This document shows, piece after piece, positions 46,437 through 54,733 of a stretch of DNA of 64,000 nucleotides (position 1 is its first letter; every line of letters starts with the position of its first letter). The notes beneath the pieces are model-generated. The model searched no databases. It saw only the letters and a program-made list of their open reading frames with translations, and was not told the DNA's origin. A program made the translations under genes and the position numbers. The DNA is from an uncultured Christensenella sp. Its GTDB lineage: Bacteria > Bacillota > Clostridia > Christensenellales > UBA1242. Where the stretch lies: the NCBI GenBank assembly GCA_964573405.1, contig CAZNJK010000003.1, positions 3,826-67,825 on the forward strand, written 5' to 3'.

Positions 46437-46533
46437 AAAAACTCCTTTAAATTTACTCAAATTATAGCAAAAATTTTTGCATTATACAAACAAATTAGGT
46501 TTAAAAAAATTAAGAATTGTCCACTATTTAACT

Positions 46534-47331
46534 ATGCAAACAAAATTTAGTATAATATCAAATAAAATTCTCAAATATTTCATCATATTTTCCATAGCAT
46601 TTTTATGGATTAATTACTATTATGACAATGTCGTGGTTGTCGCCATTATTTCAACGCTAATTGCCATTATTATAGGGCAAATCATTGCACTAATTTTCAA
46701 GAGAAAGTCCAACATTATCAAACTATCACAAAAAGAACAATCACACATCAACAATATATCCACACAATTTTTGCTTGCCGAAAACTCAAAAATCCTAATT
46801 TTTTACAAAAATTTACTAAGTGCGAAAAGAGATGTAGTTATTTCCAAAAATAAAGACGCAATCATATGGCAAGATACGGCATTTTTGCCAATGTTCAGCA
46901 AATCAACAATCACACAGGACGATATTTCAACCGCCTACAAAAATTATCACGACTACCAAAACATAATTATTGCGGGCATTAGCTTCTCGGACGACGCCAT
47001 AGCACTAAGCACAAAAACCACCGATTGCAAAATCACCACGCTCGACATTCAACAGATGTATAAAGTATATAAAAAGTACGACTACTACCCCGATTTTAGC
47101 ATAAAACTTGCTACGAAAGAACGGACAAATTTAAAAAAAGTAAAAGAAACGATTTTTATAAAATCAAACGCCAAACACTATTTTTTAAGCGGACTTGTGA
47201 TTTTGATAACCAGTTTTTTCATAAAATACAACACATATTATCTAATTTTTGCCACACTACTTTTTGTGTTCTCTGGAATTAGTTATTTTAAGCCACCGAA
47301 AAAACTTCCCAGCATTGCTGATGAATTATAA
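46534..47331 (+). CDS. Membrane protein, unknown function
   Basis: Two N-terminal and two C-terminal TM segments around a soluble core. Start is uncertain (track start is a TTG at 46477; the ATG at 46534 lacks a clear RBS). Confidence 0.45.
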   Translation: MQTKFSIISNKILKYFIIFSIAFLWINYYYDNVVVVAIISTLIAIIIGQIIALIFKRKSNIIKLSQKEQSHINNISTQFLLAENSKILIFYKNLLSAKRDVVISKNKDAIIWQDTAFLPMFSKSTITQDDISTAYKNYHDYQNIIIAGISFSDDAIALSTKTTDCKITTLDIQQMYKVYKKYDYYPDFSIKLATKERTNLKKVKETIFIKSNAKHYFLSGLVILITSFFIKYNTYYLIFATLLFVFSGISYFKPPKKLPSIADEL

Positions 47332-47386
47332 AAAAACACACCTTTTGAAGTGTTCCTAGGAATGCTTCTTAAGATGTGTTGTTTTT

Positions 47387-47704
47387 CTATTTGTTGTCCA
47401 TTATTTCTCTAACTGCTTGGAGCGATTTTGTAGTAGGTTTTTTGCTTGCTTTATATAGCACAATTTTGCTTCCTATTACAGTAACAGTTTCGCACTCGCA
47501 AGCATTTTCTAGTGCCGAGCAAATCTCTTCGATGGACATTGATGCATTGTCTTGAACTTTTATCTTTATAAGTTCGTGTGCATACAAATTGTCTTTCACT
47601 TGCTTTATCACATTATCAGTCACATCGCCCTTTCCAATGTACACCAAATCTGGCAAATTTTGTGCTAGACTTCTAAGCGATATTCGTTGTTGTTTGGTTA
47701 TCAT
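47387..47704 (-). CDS. yhbY: YhbY-family (CRS1/YhbY) RNA-binding protein
   Basis: Q...LR..A..L.P.V.IGK.GVT..V.......L..HELIKIK pattern is present (LRSLAQNLPDLVYIGKGDVTDNVIKQV...HELIKIKV). Confidence 0.8.
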   Translation of the reverse strand: MITKQQRISLRSLAQNLPDLVYIGKGDVTDNVIKQVKDNLYAHELIKIKVQDNASMSIEEICSALENACECETVTVIGSKIVLYKASKKPTTKSLQAVREIMDNK

Positions 47705-47720
47705 TTTAATTTCTCCTTTC

Positions 47721-48983
47721 TTAATCTGTATATTCTAATTCGTAGCCGTTAAGAATTACCGTGTCGCCACTTTGCAATCCCTTTTCTTTCAATGCATCTA
47801 TGATACCTTCTTCCTTAATTTGTCGTTGAAAATACGCATTAGATGTATAGTCTTCCAAATTTACGCGTCGGATAATCTCTTCTATAAGCGTGCCATCAAC
47901 CGAATATGTGTGGTTATCCAATTTCGTAATTGTATAAGACCTATCAACTTGGTCAATATCTCGCTCTTCCACTTCAATCTTTTCTGGAATAGGAATTTGT
48001 TTAAGATTTTTTATTACAGCCAAAATAAGTTCGTTGATTCCGCTATGGCTTACCGCACTTATTTCATATACTTCAGTGTCCTTCGGTAATTTGCTTTTGA
48101 AATCGTCTATAATTTGTCTATCGGTGACCAAATCAATCTTATTTAAAGCCACTATCTGCTTAATTTTGCCAACCTTATCGCTGTATTTTTCAAGTTCGTT
48201 GTTAATGACCACATAGTCATTGTATGGGTCACGGCCTTCACTCGCTGAAATATCAACCACATGAATAAGCAACCTTGTCCTTTCTATATGTCTTAAAAAG
48301 TCAAGCCCTAGCCCTACGCCTTCACTCGCTCCGCTTATTAGCCCCGGGATGTCAGCCATTACAAACGACTCGTCATAACCCGTAACAACCCCAATATTTG
48401 GCGCTAGCGTGGTGAAATGATAATTCGCTATTTTTGGCTTAGCATTGCTCACACTCGAAAGTAGCGTACTTTTGCCCACGTTGGGGAAACCTACTAGCCC
48501 AACATCAGCAATTGTTTTTAGTTCCAATTGAAACTCAAAAGGCTTTGTTTTTACCCCAAGTTCGCTATATTTTGGAGCCTGCCTAGTAGGGGTAGCAAAT
48601 TTTGCGTTGCCACGACCACCCATACCACCTTTCAACAAAACTTCTTCGTCGTCAAGGTTGTACATATCTGCTAGCACTTTGCCGGTTTCCACATTTTTAA
48701 TTACGGTGCCCTTTGGGACATAAATGATGGTATCTTTCCCACTTTTCCCAAAGCATTTGCTACTTTGCCCCGACTGACCGTCTTCGGCAAAAAACTTCTT
48801 CTTAAAGCGGAATTCTTCTAGATTGCTCACTTTATTTGTAACCCTAAAAATTATATTGCCACCCTTTCCACCGTCTCCGCCATCAGGACCGCCATTAGGA
48901 ACAAACATCTCTCGCCTAAACGATATTTTTCCATCTCCGCCGTTGCCAGCCTTACATATAATCTTAACCTTATCTAAAACCAT
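47721..48983 (-). CDS. obg: GTPase Obg/CgtA
   Basis: Gly-rich Obg fold (GGDGGKGGNIIF, GGMGGRGN). G-domain GFPNVGKST, DIPGLI, NKID. C-terminal OCT domain. Confidence 0.95.
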   Translation of the reverse strand: MVLDKVKIICKAGNGGDGKISFRREMFVPNGGPDGGDGGKGGNIIFRVTNKVSNLEEFRFKKKFFAEDGQSGQSSKCFGKSGKDTIIYVPKGTVIKNVETGKVLADMYNLDDEEVLLKGGMGGRGNAKFATPTRQAPKYSELGVKTKPFEFQLELKTIADVGLVGFPNVGKSTLLSSVSNAKPKIANYHFTTLAPNIGVVTGYDESFVMADIPGLISGASEGVGLGLDFLRHIERTRLLIHVVDISASEGRDPYNDYVVINNELEKYSDKVGKIKQIVALNKIDLVTDRQIIDDFKSKLPKDTEVYEISAVSHSGINELILAVIKNLKQIPIPEKIEVEERDIDQVDRSYTITKLDNHTYSVDGTLIEEIIRRVNLEDYTSNAYFQRQIKEEGIIDALKEKGLQSGDTVILNGYELEYTD

Positions 48984-49624
48984 TATTTCTCTCCTTTTAA
49001 TTTACAGTCGCTAGCAAATGGACATCCGTCACATTTTGGCAAAATTGCTTTGCAGTAATACCTTCCAAAAAGCAATATTAGGTGATGGGCGTCTATCCAC
49101 TCAGATTCTGGGATATGTTGCATAAGTTGTTTTTCACACTCCCACACATCATCAGCCACCGCCAACCCAAGACGGTTGCTAACCCTAAACACATGCGTGT
49201 CTACAGGGATTGCAGGAATTTTAAATCCCACCGCTCTTACAACATTAGCAGTCTTTCGCCCAACTCCCGCCAATGACATCAAATCTGTCATTTCGCTAGG
49301 AACTTGTCCATCATAATTCTCGACCAATTGCTTACTCAACTGAACAATATTTTTTGCCTTGTTTTTGTAGCACCCACAAGGCTTCACAATTCTCTCAACA
49401 TCTTCAACTTTAGCATTTGCCAACTTGTACGGTGTGTCATAATCCCTAAAAAGTTCCTTGCTTACGACATTCACTCGCTTATCAGTGCATTGTGCACTAA
49501 GCACAACCGCCACCAGAAGTTCGAAGTTGTTGGAATAATTCAACTCACTCTTCGGATTAGGAATCATTTCCCTTAATATTGAGATTATCTTAGAATATTT
49601 ATCCATAGACAAATTATACATCAT
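48983..49624 (-). CDS. nth: Endonuclease III
   Basis: HhH-GPD: LMSLAGVGRKTANVV, VDTHV.R. C-terminal 4Fe-4S cluster loop C-x6-C-x2-C-x5-C (CKAILPKCDGCPFASDC). Confidence 0.9.
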   Translation of the reverse strand: MMYNLSMDKYSKIISILREMIPNPKSELNYSNNFELLVAVVLSAQCTDKRVNVVSKELFRDYDTPYKLANAKVEDVERIVKPCGCYKNKAKNIVQLSKQLVENYDGQVPSEMTDLMSLAGVGRKTANVVRAVGFKIPAIPVDTHVFRVSNRLGLAVADDVWECEKQLMQHIPESEWIDAHHLILLFGRYYCKAILPKCDGCPFASDCKLKGEK

Positions 49625-49650
49625 TTACTAAATTAAGTAAAGACTTTTTT

Positions 49651-49905
49651 CTAGTTGATTTTCTCGTACACATACATTCTGCCCATATTTTTCTTTAAAT
49701 AAAAGCCTTGAAACGATGCAAATCTCTCGCCATTAATGACCGCTCTTGCCATATTTAAATATTTTATGTCAAACATTACGCTTAGCCCACACGATGTCGT
49801 TATCTCCCTAGGGCTATTGATTATCCTTACACTCACGCCATGTGATTTTAATTGGTTGAAAAACTGCAATGCGTGAGTACGATTATGAAAAGTCGCTAAT
49901 ATCAT
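49651..49905 (-). CDS. Small DUF3343-like protein (putative S/Se carrier-like)
   Basis: 84 aa: F....A...E..L...G......P.P......CG.A. pattern (HALQFFNQLKSHGVSVRIINSPREITTSCGLSVMF). Divergent from the cysteine desulfurase gene. Confidence 0.45.
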   Translation of the reverse strand: MILATFHNRTHALQFFNQLKSHGVSVRIINSPREITTSCGLSVMFDIKYLNMARAVINGERFASFQGFYLKKNMGRMYVYEKIN

Positions 49906-49989
49906 AGATTATCTCCTTATCCCGAACGATTATTCTAACTATTTCATAATATTAATAATAAATGATATTTGTTAAAAAGGAGACACTAT

Positions 49990-51108
49990 ATGATATATTT
50001 AGACAACGCATCCACTACCCACTACAAGCCACGAAAAGTCATCAAAGCCGTAAAAAAAGGCACAACCACCCTAAGCGTAAACTCCAGTCGTGGTGGGTAC
50101 CCGTTAGCAATAGCGGGCGGAATGGAAGTACTAAAAACACGAGAAGTTGTGGGCAATTTCTTTAACTGCGACCCACAAAATGTAATATTTACCGAAAGTT
50201 GTACCGAAGCCATAAACCTTGCCATAAGGGGCACAGTAAAACCGAGTGGCCACATTATAGCCACAACAATGGAACATAACAGCGTGCTTAGAACACTAGA
50301 AGATGTTAAGCGAAAATATGGAACAAATTACACCCTTTTAGAGCCCACCAACGGCACAGTAGACGCTAAAGACATTGAAAAAGCAATCACCGACAAAACA
50401 TATATGGTCATCACTATACACACAAGCAATGTGACCGGTGCCACAAACAACATCGATAGCATAGGAAGAATATGTAAAAAGCACAACTTATTGTATATGG
50501 TGGATGGCGCGCAAAGTAGCGGACATATAAAAGTAGACATCAAAAAAAGCAATATCAACCTATTTACAATTGCCGGACACAAGGGTTTCTACGCTCCGCA
50601 AGGGATAGGCGTATTGCTAATCAATAATGCCGATGTACTACCACTAATCACCGGCGGGACGGGGACATTTAGCGAAAGCGTTGTTCAGCCCACTGACCGC
50701 CCCGAAGGACTGGAGAGCGGAACTCGAAGTATGCCTTGCATTCTTGGGCTTAAAGCAGGCGTTGAATATGTAAATAAAAATTTCAACAAGATAAATAACA
50801 AAATTACAAAACTAACGACAAAACTATATGAATACTTAAAAAACTGCAACAACATTAAGTTGTATTCTTCCAATCCCAGTAGCGGGGTTATGAGTTTTTT
50901 GGTGGCGGGATATTCATCGAGCGAAATTGGGGACTATCTCAGTGATAATTACGGGATTTGCGTAAGAACTGGGCTTCATTGCGCCCCACTCATTCACAAG
51001 TCAAATGGCACATTAAGTACCGGGATGGTGCGAGTGAGCATAAGTTCGTTTAATAAAACTAGCGACATAAAAAAACTAATTAAAGCACTAACATGTCTAC
51101 AAATTTAA
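49990..51108 (+). CDS. Cysteine desulfurase / class V aminotransferase
   Basis: MIYLDNASTT start after AGGAGA. ...TESCTEAINL..., ..DGAQS.GH..., ..AGHKGFYAPQGIG (PLP lysine), ..VRTGLHCAP. Confidence 0.85.
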   Translation: MIYLDNASTTHYKPRKVIKAVKKGTTTLSVNSSRGGYPLAIAGGMEVLKTREVVGNFFNCDPQNVIFTESCTEAINLAIRGTVKPSGHIIATTMEHNSVLRTLEDVKRKYGTNYTLLEPTNGTVDAKDIEKAITDKTYMVITIHTSNVTGATNNIDSIGRICKKHNLLYMVDGAQSSGHIKVDIKKSNINLFTIAGHKGFYAPQGIGVLLINNADVLPLITGGTGTFSESVVQPTDRPEGLESGTRSMPCILGLKAGVEYVNKNFNKINNKITKLTTKLYEYLKNCNNIKLYSSNPSSGVMSFLVAGYSSSEIGDYLSDNYGICVRTGLHCAPLIHKSNGTLSTGMVRVSISSFNKTSDIKKLIKALTCLQI

Positions 51109-52242
51109 TTTGTCGCCGTCTAGCCAGCCAAAGCCTTCACTATTGCGGTCTTTTGAGATGGGAGTACAACTATTTATGAGATATTTCTTCACTTGGTCGG
51201 GAGTGAATTGTGGGTGTTGTTTTAGAATCATACTCACCACCCCCACAACCAATGGCGTAGACACACTAGTTCCCGACATCGTAGTGTAAAATCCGTCAGA
51301 AGTATTGTAATTAAGCCCGTTAAGATTGACTCCACTGGCAAGCACATCTGGTTTAAAATAGCCATTAATCGGGCCACGACTCGAAAAATCGGCAACCTTA
51401 AATAAGTCATATTGCGGATTTTCGCCCACTCTTGCATCGTCCAATGCTCCCACCGTGATGATTTTGTGGCTTGTTCCCGGTGAGCGAATTGTTGATGGTT
51501 GGGGCCCGCTATTTCCACCGGCACTCACCACTACAATGCCACTATCCCACAACATATCGGCACCCACTTTCAGTGGGTCGTTTTTGCCAAGTGCAATAGA
51601 CCCAAAACTCATACAAACAACCTTTATGTTGTATTTTTTGCGGTTGTCAAAAACCCACTGCATCGCATTAAGGATTGTGCTGGCACCTGTTTCGCCATTT
51701 TTATCGAGTGCCTTTATAACAACAAGGTTTGTTTTGGGGTCGATGCCTACATATTTTGAACACACTGTCCCACTGCCAGCAATAGCACCGCTTACAAAAG
51801 TACCGTGTCCATTGTCGTCATATGGGGCTTCTTTATTGTTAATTAAATCCACAAATTTTATGATTTTCTTACTCGGCACCATAAAGTCCAAGTGCGGATG
51901 AATGCCAGTGTCTATTACCGCCACCGAGAAATTCCCTTCGCTTATTTTGGCTTTATTTTCAGTCTTTAGGACCTTATTTGCCACATTAATTAGCGTCGAA
52001 ACTCGGGCCGATTGGGTTATGTACTTTACATTATTCAACTTGCTTAATGAGAATATGTTGTCGTATTTTAGTTGAACTATACAAGCATTTATAAAGGGAA
52101 TATCTAGCACATTATCAAAGTTGTGGCTTAAAAAATTACGCATTTTAATGTGATTGTGTGAATATATTACACACTCCAATTTCTCGCCCATTTTTAGACT
52201 ATTTACTTGCCTTAAAAGTGTCGGTTCGATTTTCGCTAGCAT
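51097..52242 (-). CDS. Subtilisin-family (S8) serine protease with N-terminal propeptide-like region
   Basis: Catalytic triad contexts VAVIDTGI, HGTFVSGAIAG, MSGTSVSTP. The start overlaps the stop of the upstream small ORF (TAATG). Confidence 0.8.
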   Translation of the reverse strand: MLAKIEPTLLRQVNSLKMGEKLECVIYSHNHIKMRNFLSHNFDNVLDIPFINACIVQLKYDNIFSLSKLNNVKYITQSARVSTLINVANKVLKTENKAKISEGNFSVAVIDTGIHPHLDFMVPSKKIIKFVDLINNKEAPYDDNGHGTFVSGAIAGSGTVCSKYVGIDPKTNLVVIKALDKNGETGASTILNAMQWVFDNRKKYNIKVVCMSFGSIALGKNDPLKVGADMLWDSGIVVVSAGGNSGPQPSTIRSPGTSHKIITVGALDDARVGENPQYDLFKVADFSSRGPINGYFKPDVLASGVNLNGLNYNTSDGFYTTMSGTSVSTPLVVGVVSMILKQHPQFTPDQVKKYLINSCTPISKDRNSEGFGWLDGDKLNL

Positions 52243-52511
52243 TATTTCACCATTCCCAACAACACATCCAATTTAGCAATTTGTTCTTTAGTAAGATGTG
52301 GCGTAAGGATATTTTTAATCTTGCTTATGTATTCTTCTGTCAATTCGCCGTTTTTCTTTCTTTTTGCGGTTTCAATCAAAAATTCGTGCATCAATTCATC
52401 GTTAGACAACGCACTGTATTTACTTATCAATTCGTTTATATCCTTATCGCCATTATTCTCACAATTATTACTAGGCCTGTCATTATTTACAAAATCACTA
52501 AATTTACTCAT
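52242..52511 (-). CDS. Small helical protein (89 aa), translationally coupled to the S8 protease gene
   Basis: AGGAGA RBS before the ATG at 52511. Its stop overlaps the protease ATG. Confidence 0.6.
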   Translation of the reverse strand: MSKFSDFVNNDRPSNNCENNGDKDINELISKYSALSNDELMHEFLIETAKRKKNGELTEEYISKIKNILTPHLTKEQIAKLDVLLGMVK

Positions 52512-52578
52512 ATTCTTCTCCTTATATTCACTATTCCATTATATGATTGCATATATAATAATGTTATAAAGGAGAGAA

Positions 52579-52947
52579 GTGAAAATTATGATAAGCGAAT
52601 ATCCTTATGGGCAATTCCCCACCAGATACACCAAAAATGGGCAAAAGGCACGATTTGAAGAAATTGAAAGTAGCAAAAAAGAAGCCCCACAATTAGACAC
52701 CCCCGATTGCCAACAAAATGCTTTTGATTTTTCCAAACTTCTCCCCTTAGTCAAACTAATGAGCAACAAAAAAAGCATATCGAATGCCGATATGCTACAA
52801 TTGGTTGTTCCTTTGCTTGGCGGGGATTCGTCAAATGTGAGCGACATTATATCACTACTCACACCATCCGCCACCGACGACGGGTATGTAGAAGATGTCC
52901 CAACATCCACACTCTCGCACATAGACGAGTACAAAAGGGTGGAATAA
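52579..52947 (+). CDS. Hypothetical protein (about 119-122 aa)
   Basis: AGGAGAG precedes GTG 52579 / ATG 52588. No family recognised. Confidence 0.4.
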   Translation: MKIMISEYPYGQFPTRYTKNGQKARFEEIESSKKEAPQLDTPDCQQNAFDFSKLLPLVKLMSNKKSISNADMLQLVVPLLGGDSSNVSDIISLLTPSATDDGYVEDVPTSTLSHIDEYKRVE

Positions 52948-52948
52948 A

Positions 52949-53308
52949 TTAGTTGTGATTTTTGATCATATCGTAGAACATAACCAAATTCTCAAACACG
53001 ACCGCTTCTTCAAAAACCCTTATGTCAAGGCCTATAAGACGCTTAATTTTGTCGATTCTATATATAAGGGTATTGCGGTGCATATATCCCTTTTTGCTTG
53101 CGGTAGTTATATTTAAACTATTTTGCAAAAAAATCTTAGCCGTTTCGACAAGTTCTTGATTGTTCACAATCTCCAAAACAGGCTTATAGGAGTACAATTT
53201 CCTATATTTATTGATAAAATCAACGCTACAATTATTAAAAATCACCTTGTTGCTAAGCAATGCCATACACTCTTGTTTTATTTTTTCTGCAACATCTTTA
53301 TTTTCCAT
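52949..53308 (-). CDS. PucR/CdaR-type C-terminal HTH protein (119 aa)
   Basis: LNITTASKKGYMHRNTLIYRIDKIKRLIGLDI is the PucR_C HTH signature. Confidence 0.6.
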   Translation of the reverse strand: MENKDVAEKIKQECMALLSNKVIFNNCSVDFINKYRKLYSYKPVLEIVNNQELVETAKIFLQNSLNITTASKKGYMHRNTLIYRIDKIKRLIGLDIRVFEEAVVFENLVMFYDMIKNHN

Positions 53309-53310
53309 TT

Positions 53311-53955
53311 TTAATCTTTAAGGCAACCATTCTCAATGGTAACCACCTTTCCTCCCAATTTTTTAATTAAATTTTCGTTTCTTGTAGCGATGACCGAAGT
53401 CGCATTGTTGACATTAATTAAGTCAAGAATGTAATCAATAAATCTTTTTGTTTCGGTTTCGTCCAATTTCTCAAATACATCGTCTATTACAAAAATTTCC
53501 GCGGTTCTTAAAGCAAATCTTGCTAGACACACCTTCAATCTATCATAGTACGACAACTCTTTAAGTTTTATGTCTTTTATTGCGTCCAAGCCATAACTTT
53601 TAAGCACATTAAATAGTTTTACTTGACGCATATTTTTGTTGACTTTCCTTATTTTTAAAGGATATTCAAGGTTTTTTAGGACTGATTTATTCTCCATAAA
53701 TACTGGTCTTACTGGAAGATAGCATAATGACACAACTTCCTTGTAATCGATTTTGTTAGCAGGGATTCCCTTAATATATGCCGTGCCTTTATTAGGTTTT
53801 TCAAGACCCACCATTACTCTTAGCAAACTACTTTTACCGCTATCTTCCTTGCCAAAAATAACGATATGTTCGTTTTGCTCAATTTTTAAATTAACATCTT
53901 GCAATGCATTGTAATCTTTAGTATATGACAAGCACACATCTTTAATTTCAATCAT
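53311..53955 (-). CDS. Stand-alone ABC-type ATPase-like protein with degenerate signature, Walker B and H-loop
   Basis: Walker A GKEDSGKSS is present. LSGGQ is replaced by LSYYD, Walker B D-E by IDDV, and there is no H-loop His (ATRN). No permease gene is adjacent. Confidence 0.65.
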   Translation of the reverse strand: MIEIKDVCLSYTKDYNALQDVNLKIEQNEHIVIFGKEDSGKSSLLRVMVGLEKPNKGTAYIKGIPANKIDYKEVVSLCYLPVRPVFMENKSVLKNLEYPLKIRKVNKNMRQVKLFNVLKSYGLDAIKDIKLKELSYYDRLKVCLARFALRTAEIFVIDDVFEKLDETETKRFIDYILDLINVNNATSVIATRNENLIKKLGGKVVTIENGCLKD

Positions 53956-54101
53956 AACCTAAAATCTCCTATTTTATATAATAGACTATTTTGCAAAATT
54001 TGACAAATTAAAATCAACATTAAATTTTAATTTTTGGTTATTTTTAAAAATGGGCACAAAAAAACCTTGCGACATAAAAGCACGCAAGGTTAATGTAATA
54101 A

Positions 54102-54626
54102 TTAATATGTGATTTCAATCATTCCTAGTTGGTTGTCGTTACGCTTGTATATAACACTTACAAGACCTGTTTCTGCATTCAAGAAAATGTAGAAAGTGTG
54201 ACCCAATGCTTCCATTTGGGCTTCAGCATCTTCAATTGTAGTAGGTTCTAGTTCAAAACGCTTTGTTTTAACAACCTTTTCAGGCAATATTTCAGGCATT
54301 TCAGTTAAAAATTCGAATGCATCTTTCTCTACATTTCTAAATTTTTGTTTGTATTTGCCGTTGTTTTTTACGATTTGTTTTTCAATTTTTGGCAATGCTA
54401 GGTCAATGTTGTTGTACATTTCATCAGAAACAACTTCGCTTCTTAAGAACAATCCGTCAGCATTGATTGTAATCTCCAATTTCTCATTTTTACCTTGTTT
54501 TGTGCAACAAACTTTAATGTCATAGTCTTTAGGAAAATACTTTGATAACTTGCCAAGTTTCTTTTCAATAATCTCCTTGAATTTGTCACTAATTTTGTAG
54601 TCTTTTGAATAGTATTTTATATTCAT
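54102..54626 (-). CDS. hpf: Ribosome hibernation promoting factor (long form)
   Basis: MNIKYYSKDYKISDKFKEIIEKKLGKL... sigma-54-modulation/RaiA fold plus a C-terminal dimerisation domain (...HTFYIFLNAETGLVSVIYKRNDNQLGMIE). AGGAGA RBS. Confidence 0.85.
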   Translation of the reverse strand: MNIKYYSKDYKISDKFKEIIEKKLGKLSKYFPKDYDIKVCCTKQGKNEKLEITINADGLFLRSEVVSDEMYNNIDLALPKIEKQIVKNNGKYKQKFRNVEKDAFEFLTEMPEILPEKVVKTKRFELEPTTIEDAEAQMEALGHTFYIFLNAETGLVSVIYKRNDNQLGMIEITY

Positions 54627-54733
54627 AGTAATTCTCCTTTTACTTTTTTTAATTTTAGCAAAAATACGCACAATACACAAATAAAAAAGAGAAATTATTT
54701 AAAAATTTCTCTTTTTAGTATGATTGACCAAAA

